IMG/VR virus record: IMGVR_UViG_3300033146_006832
Span: 1 to 31,480 of that record
Origin: a virus
Lineage: Duplodnaviria; Caudoviricetes
DNA: 31,480 nucleotides
Direction: 5' to 3' (one strand)
A model generated the notes under the pieces. That model searched no databases. It was given only the letters and a program-made list of their open reading frames with translations, and was not told where the DNA came from. Numbering within the stretch: position 1 is the first letter of the stretch; each line of letters opens with the position of its first letter. A program made the position numbers and the translations under genes. Positions 26,310 to 31,480 of the stretch are shown in pieces.

Positions 26310-27911
26310 TTAAAGAATAATCTTGAATTGTTCAGTACCATCAATGTAACCTCTATAAACAGGCATCTTGTTTGCTACATAAAACAACGTTCCCAAATCA
26401 TTAGTGTGATTGTTTGGATCGAAAAATGTGGATCTTCCGTTGTAATCAGGTCCAGTATTGTTCCCGGTGCCGCAGTGGACAAGAGCGTTTGAAAGACCAT
26501 CAAAATATCTCGGTTTCCAGCTAATAAACAATTGACGATAAATGTCAGTTGTTGGGGTCACCGAATCAAGTTCCAGATTGACCATAATTAAATTGAAATT
26601 TTCTGAGGCACCTAGACTCAAATCTTTTGTCAAGGCATACATTTTGCTGATCGTAAGACCAGTAATATAATCTTCATCAATATCTACTGAATCCATACTC
26701 AGCATGTTCGGATCAGCAAGAGCAATTCTCATGTCCTCGAAATGTTGCCAAACAGGATTCGAACCATCATAAGGAGCAGGAATTTCGTAAGCTAACCAAA
26801 CATCATTCTGAGTCAATTGGTGTAAACCAACCACATCAAATATGGATTCATGAATATCCTGTGAACGGATATATGAAATTGGCAATCCTGGAGGATTGTT
26901 GTCTGCCACCGGAGCAATATTCGAAATTACAGGCAGAGATTCTTTAAAAATACTAAATCTGTTATTGATGTTTGAAAGCGTTGTCAATTTGAATCTAACT
27001 TTTCGCATTTCGGGCGGAGCAGGATCAGGTTCAGAGTTTGATATCATGTAGCTAAAGATGTACGCATTTTCGGTATTCGAAATGTACGTTTCCTCATACT
27101 GGACACCATCAACCAACAAAGCTCCGGTCATGTCAACCAAAAAGAAGGTTGAGTTTTTGGCAGTCTCATCATTCTCCATCCAATTAATGAAAGTGGCACC
27201 TATACCAGTAACCAAATATTCACCATTTAGATTGATTCGTCTTTCAAGATCCGTACAACCAGGCACGATATCCGCGCTTGTGGCGTCCATTGATCCAATC
27301 GGACCATATTTCAGTTGAACCCTCGTACTCAATCCAGGATATTCGAATTCTTTAATGATTTCAATTTCAAGAAGATTTTCGATATCCTTATCGAAGTTCA
27401 TCACAAAATATTTACAATTTTTAGTAACGGTACCACCAAAACCATCTGAAACTTCACGATATAGTATAAACTCATAAGTAGGATCGATTCCTCTTAGAGT
27501 CATCCATTTTTGATTAATAAAAATACATTCAATATTGCTCATTCCATGAACAACACCGTTTTGAGAAGCTTCAGTTAAATATTCCAATCTGTCATCATTG
27601 GCCTGAGGAACTTCAGTTTCTCCATCTGCGTAAGTGAATCTAGCAACCTGTACGGCTGTGGTACCGTCATTGCTTATATTCATTAATCTATGTTGGTCAT
27701 CATAAATTTCGGCATGTGCTGTTTCACCAATGATATCGTTTGGCCAAGTTTGACCAGAAACTGGTGCGTATCGGCAAAGGGTGCCTTGACCCCACGTTTC
27801 ATGAGACCGGCTGAATCCTAAATAGGAATCTCCACCACGAAGCAATTCATAAAGGAGTCTTAATTGATTGTCGATAGTTGCGCCTGATAATAGATTAAAT
27901 TCTACTGCCAT
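26310..27911 (-). CDS. baseplate wedge subunit, T4 gp8-like, with a large insertion
   Basis: N-terminal YLGFSRSHETW and C-terminal IMVNLEL...YRQLFISWKP...GTLFYVANKMPVYR...TEQFKIIL resemble gp8; follows the gp7-like gene. Confidence 0.7.
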   Translation of the reverse strand: MAVEFNLLSGATIDNQLRLLYELLRGGDSYLGFSRSHETWGQGTLCRYAPVSGQTWPNDIIGETAHAEIYDDQHRLMNISNDGTTAVQVARFTYADGETEVPQANDDRLEYLTEASQNGVVHGMSNIECIFINQKWMTLRGIDPTYEFILYREVSDGFGGTVTKNCKYFVMNFDKDIENLLEIEIIKEFEYPGLSTRVQLKYGPIGSMDATSADIVPGCTDLERRINLNGEYLVTGIGATFINWMENDETAKNSTFFLVDMTGALLVDGVQYEETYISNTENAYIFSYMISNSEPDPAPPEMRKVRFKLTTLSNINNRFSIFKESLPVISNIAPVADNNPPGLPISYIRSQDIHESIFDVVGLHQLTQNDVWLAYEIPAPYDGSNPVWQHFEDMRIALADPNMLSMDSVDIDEDYITGLTISKMYALTKDLSLGASENFNLIMVNLELDSVTPTTDIYRQLFISWKPRYFDGLSNALVHCGTGNNTGPDYNGRSTFFDPNNHTNDLGTLFYVANKMPVYRGYIDGTEQFKIIL

Positions 27912-27921
27912 TTTGGATACC

Positions 27922-30705
27922 TTAAATTGTTATGTTAGGGCCAATGTAACTTACATCATCCCGTTTTAAAATTACTTCTAAATTCACGCCTGTTGAGTTC
28001 ATTGTGATTTTAGGTACTGTGCTATCAACCTCAAATAAGATTGAACCACCATCACGTATAATGAAGTGGAACTCATTAAAAAGACCACTAATTAGATTCT
28101 CTGTTCCAGCTACATCATTATAAAATACTTCGTACTTATTTCCAACGTTTGTAATATTTATATTTGAAATAATTGAGCTAATTCTGGCAAAATCCAGTTC
28201 AGCATCATAGTTGGATTCATTAAATGTATACTCTTTCTCTGATCCAGAATCACCGAGAAGCATAGCGTTGTTGGAATTGTATTCATCATCAACACTTTTG
28301 TCCAGAAAGTTTGTGAGATCACCGTTTGGCAATTCTCTGGTGAGCTTTATGTGTCGATTATCAAGTTTATAGTTGAAAATTGGCATACTCATGTCTTGGA
28401 AATTTAGGTCCAGTACAATGTTGAAGACATCATTCGGATTGGTTAGAAACTTCAATCTTGGAGAATGCGTTTCGATGGTTCCGAATAAGCTGGCTCCCTT
28501 GTAGATTCGCCATTTGTATACAGCGGCAATACCACTTCTCAGGAATTCAATTTCCCAAAGATTTTCTGTTTGTAGAATCTTGAACAGGGGCTTATCACCT
28601 GTAATGATCTGACTTTCAGGCACAGCGACATCCACCGAAACATTTCTATATTCGGTTCTGAGATCGTAGAATAGGCCTTCGGTCGCAGTTGCTTGGCTTG
28701 TGTTGTGATACTCAACTTTCGCGGAATAGCTCGTTTCCTTGAACGGAAATTCTTTTGGAGAAGTCAGGTCACTCAACATAGCATTTCCTGTATAGGTGCC
28801 GTATCGGAAAGTGTTGCCGTATTCGTCAAGATAATCTGCCACATCAATATAGGAAATTGGTGCAAGCTGGGAATGCATTTCCCAGAATTCCTCAAATTCC
28901 TCAGCGTCAAGGATCTTCATCTGATGCCAATTTAAAGCATCTTTTGGCACGTAAACATAGAAATCATTCCAACCAAGTGGATGTGTAATATCCTTTATGT
29001 CATCAATCCAATATTTCTCAGGAAGAGTTGTGCTAACCCGATAGATAAAGTTGTTGTATGGATCAGGATCCACCGAAACATAATAATAACCGATTGAAGA
29101 ACTGAAAATTGAAATCAGAAATTGCATCTGAGTTTTATTACCTTTGAAATAGTTCATTAAGGTAATGTTTTTAAACAGAATTTCTTTTAGGTTTTCAGCT
29201 TCTTGAGCATTTATTAGAATTATGGACTGATCATTTAGATCGGTCATGTATCTGGCGTATTCAGGCAAATATTGGCTCACAAACAACTGTTCAATTATTT
29301 TACTATTTTCAAATTTCTTGATTAAATCTGTATTGTCCAGCATAGCATCGATTTTTTCTTGATCTTGGACTTTGAAATATGTATTATTTTCAGCATCATA
29401 TTCAGTAACTGGATATTCATAATCAAAAATGTCAGTAACTTCATGAACAATTTGGTCAATATCAATTAAAGCGTCCAAATTCCGAGCTTTAAAATAAATA
29501 TCATTAAAAAATTGGTTCAGTTGAATCTCATCAACGCTAGGTATTTCTCCATCAGTTTTGAAAACAACCGTACTAAGTTCGAACGGAATTTCGGATTCTG
29601 GCGGAGATAATGGAGCAGTTTTACTTTGATATTCTACACCATTAACAAAACCCATAACAACTTGTTCCCGGGTATACGTGGCGGGTATAGCCAATAATCC
29701 TGTCCAGTAAATCATTCCGTTACTGTCCGAAGGTCTTTCTAACAGAACATTATACAACATTTCAACAAATGCCGTATCATCCATATTGGTATAATAAGGA
29801 GTTTCCAAGTTGTCGATTATGTGTTGCCAGTGAGTATCAGACACCAATCGAAATTCGTTTGTGCCGAAGATGAATTGATAAACGTATCCAGCTTTGAATT
29901 CGTTCACGTAGATGTCAAAATAATTATTTGAACCCCACTCATAAGGAACAGTGTATTCAATTTGAACTTTATCATTGTCAATATCTTCTGAAGCTGGGAG
30001 ATATCGATAAATTTTTACTGAATCTTTATTCAGTGATTTTTCTCTTATTGTGGAATCTGTTAACACCCGAATAATACTGGCAGAAATTGGGATATCATAA
30101 AGATTATTATAAACACTTGTAAAAGTGGTTTCGTCTTCAGAATATTGAACATCCATAATTTTTTTGGATTTTATACCATCAAAGTCCACTTGAATTTTAA
30201 GGTCCGTGTATTCTGCTTTTGAAGCAAGAAGAATGGCATGAAATTTGTCAAAATCTACTAATGAAGGACAGTCGAAAATTAAAACAGGATTTCTATCTTC
30301 ATCCTCGTAGAACGCCTTGAAGGTTTGATCGGATTCGATCTCCATAAAATAAGAGGTATTCAAAGCTTCAGCTTGATGGAAAACAACAGTTCCTTCATGG
30401 AGAATATCCATTCCATCATCATGGAAATGAAATGCGAAATCGAGTTGTTCTGGGAGAAAAATGTTGTTGGGATAATCTTCACCACTTAGACCAAAGGCAT
30501 AGTTGGTTACTTCACCTTCATTGGTGTTGTGAAAAACTCTGATACCAGCACCAATCAGCTCGGTCACTCCACCATTAAAGTCAAAAGCGTCCGTGATATA
30601 GGCTCTGGCATCCCAGTTTTCACCGTCCGAAGTTTTTGTGATATGGCCTGTGAATAGATCAACAGCAAAGTTCTTTTTGAATGTCCATTGTGGATAAATA
30701 TACAT
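27922..30705 (-). CDS. baseplate wedge subunit, T4 gp7-like, with an embedded DUF4214-like domain
   Basis: LFKNITLMNYFKGNKTQMQFLISIF and YRVSTTLPEKYWIDDIKDITHPLGW resemble the gp7 core; DTAFVEMLYNVLLERPSDSNGMIYW...TREQVVMGFVNGVEY is DUF4214-like. Confidence 0.65.
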   Translation of the reverse strand: MYIYPQWTFKKNFAVDLFTGHITKTSDGENWDARAYITDAFDFNGGVTELIGAGIRVFHNTNEGEVTNYAFGLSGEDYPNNIFLPEQLDFAFHFHDDGMDILHEGTVVFHQAEALNTSYFMEIESDQTFKAFYEDEDRNPVLIFDCPSLVDFDKFHAILLASKAEYTDLKIQVDFDGIKSKKIMDVQYSEDETTFTSVYNNLYDIPISASIIRVLTDSTIREKSLNKDSVKIYRYLPASEDIDNDKVQIEYTVPYEWGSNNYFDIYVNEFKAGYVYQFIFGTNEFRLVSDTHWQHIIDNLETPYYTNMDDTAFVEMLYNVLLERPSDSNGMIYWTGLLAIPATYTREQVVMGFVNGVEYQSKTAPLSPPESEIPFELSTVVFKTDGEIPSVDEIQLNQFFNDIYFKARNLDALIDIDQIVHEVTDIFDYEYPVTEYDAENNTYFKVQDQEKIDAMLDNTDLIKKFENSKIIEQLFVSQYLPEYARYMTDLNDQSIILINAQEAENLKEILFKNITLMNYFKGNKTQMQFLISIFSSSIGYYYVSVDPDPYNNFIYRVSTTLPEKYWIDDIKDITHPLGWNDFYVYVPKDALNWHQMKILDAEEFEEFWEMHSQLAPISYIDVADYLDEYGNTFRYGTYTGNAMLSDLTSPKEFPFKETSYSAKVEYHNTSQATATEGLFYDLRTEYRNVSVDVAVPESQIITGDKPLFKILQTENLWEIEFLRSGIAAVYKWRIYKGASLFGTIETHSPRLKFLTNPNDVFNIVLDLNFQDMSMPIFNYKLDNRHIKLTRELPNGDLTNFLDKSVDDEYNSNNAMLLGDSGSEKEYTFNESNYDAELDFARISSIISNINITNVGNKYEVFYNDVAGTENLISGLFNEFHFIIRDGGSILFEVDSTVPKITMNSTGVNLEVILKRDDVSYIGPNITI

Positions 30706-30708
30706 AGT

Positions 30709-31317
30709 TTAACCTAATATTTCTTTCAAAAAATTATTTTTTCTTATTTTTTCTTCATTAAATTTTAAAAAGCTTCTGTCTTTTGGACAATGTCGCCAGC
30801 AATAACCTACCTCATTAAAATGTTTAAATGGTTTTCCCTCAAAATGGGCAGTTCCAATATTTAAAATATTTTCTGGATAAATCATGTAATCTTTCATTAG
30901 ATGTTTATATTTATCTACAGTTTTTCTTTTGTATATTATTAATTGGTGTACATTTGTTGGATGTTCAACCATTTTTTCGAAACTATATTCTTGGCCGACG
31001 GTAATTCCTGCTTTCAGAAAATTACCATGCTCATCAATTCGTTCATAATCACAATACATTCCACAGCAATCATCATCCCAAGCAGATATCATTTTTTGAA
31101 ATATGCCAGGCTTAATTATATCATCTGGATCAACATACGAAACAAATTCTGCTGAACCGTGATCGAAACCATTTATTCTAGCTTGACCTAGCTTACCTAG
31201 AATACCAGATTCAAAATACACATTAATCGGTTCATTTTCCAATGAGCGCAAACAGGATTCAAAATATTCCTCTGAATCTCTGCCCATTTTTAGAATATGT
31301 ACATCTATATTGAACAT
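30709..31317 (-). CDS. family 2 (GT-A fold) glycosyltransferase, 202 aa
   Basis: YFESCLRSL, LGQARINGF, AEFVSYVDPDD (DxDD), HQLIIYKR, YCWRH. Confidence 0.85.
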   Translation of the reverse strand: MFNIDVHILKMGRDSEEYFESCLRSLENEPINVYFESGILGKLGQARINGFDHGSAEFVSYVDPDDIIKPGIFQKMISAWDDDCCGMYCDYERIDEHGNFLKAGITVGQEYSFEKMVEHPTNVHQLIIYKRKTVDKYKHLMKDYMIYPENILNIGTAHFEGKPFKHFNEVGYCWRHCPKDRSFLKFNEEKIRKNNFLKEILG

Positions 31318-31356
31318 TTATTGGGGCTCCGGCATTTTTGTTTCCTTTAAATGATT

Positions 31357-31479
31357 TTACATTGGTTGTTCTGTTGGTTCTTGTGGTCCAAATTCAATTT
31401 GTTGTAGAAAATTATGATCGTTTCCATTCGTATCGTGTAAACGTACTCGATCAATATCATATTGTCCACCACCATTTGC
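31357..31479 (-). CDS. 3' end of an upstream gene (partial), product unknown
   Basis: Open frame from the window edge: ANGGGQYDIDRVRLHDTNGNDHNFLQQIEFGPQEPTEQPM*, TAA at 31359-31357. Confidence 0.55.
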   Translation of the reverse strand, partial: ANGGGQYDIDRVRLHDTNGNDHNFLQQIEFGPQEPTEQPM

Positions 31480-31480
31480 T

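Noticed and set aside
594-31155. Many 60-146 aa antisense or alternate-frame ORFs in the track
   Set aside because: They lie inside long motif-bearing genes and have no recognisable motifs; treated as shadows.
1-31480. Stop-codon reassignment
   Set aside because: Genes tile densely in the standard code. The gp5 break cannot be TGA readthrough because an in-frame TAA follows three codons later.
1-31480. tRNA, rRNA, introns, inteins or homing endonucleases
   Set aside because: Intergenic gaps are too short or are otherwise explained, and no such motifs were recognised by eye; a covariance-model search was not possible.

Overview
A late-gene (virion morphogenesis) block of a large T4-like myophage, AT-rich and read in the standard genetic code. 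From right to left on the minus strand it carries a GT2 glycosyltransferase, gp7-like and gp8-like baseplate wedges, about eight fibre/appendage and chaperone genes, three tandem tail-tube-fold (gp19/gp54) paralogs, gp26, an unannotated gp51-like frame, a tape-measure-like gene, gp48, gp53, a gp27-like hub and a gp5 spike split over two ORFs. These converge at a terminator with a stand-alone 1541-aa plus-strand fibre gene. At the left edge are a small unannotated ORF and the 5' part of a CCA-adding enzyme. T4-type late promoters (TATAAATA) and two near-consensus sigma70 promoters are visible. The strongest candidate novelty is a programmed -1 frameshift (T TTT TTC, 6-nt spacer, 12-bp stem) that would fuse gp26 to the gp51-like frame just upstream of the tape measure, like lambda G/GT. 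Second is a terminator-like hairpin that carries a late promoter at its apex and the tail-tube RBS in its 3' arm, downstream of an internal consensus sigma70 promoter. All family calls come from motif recognition by eye, not from database searches.
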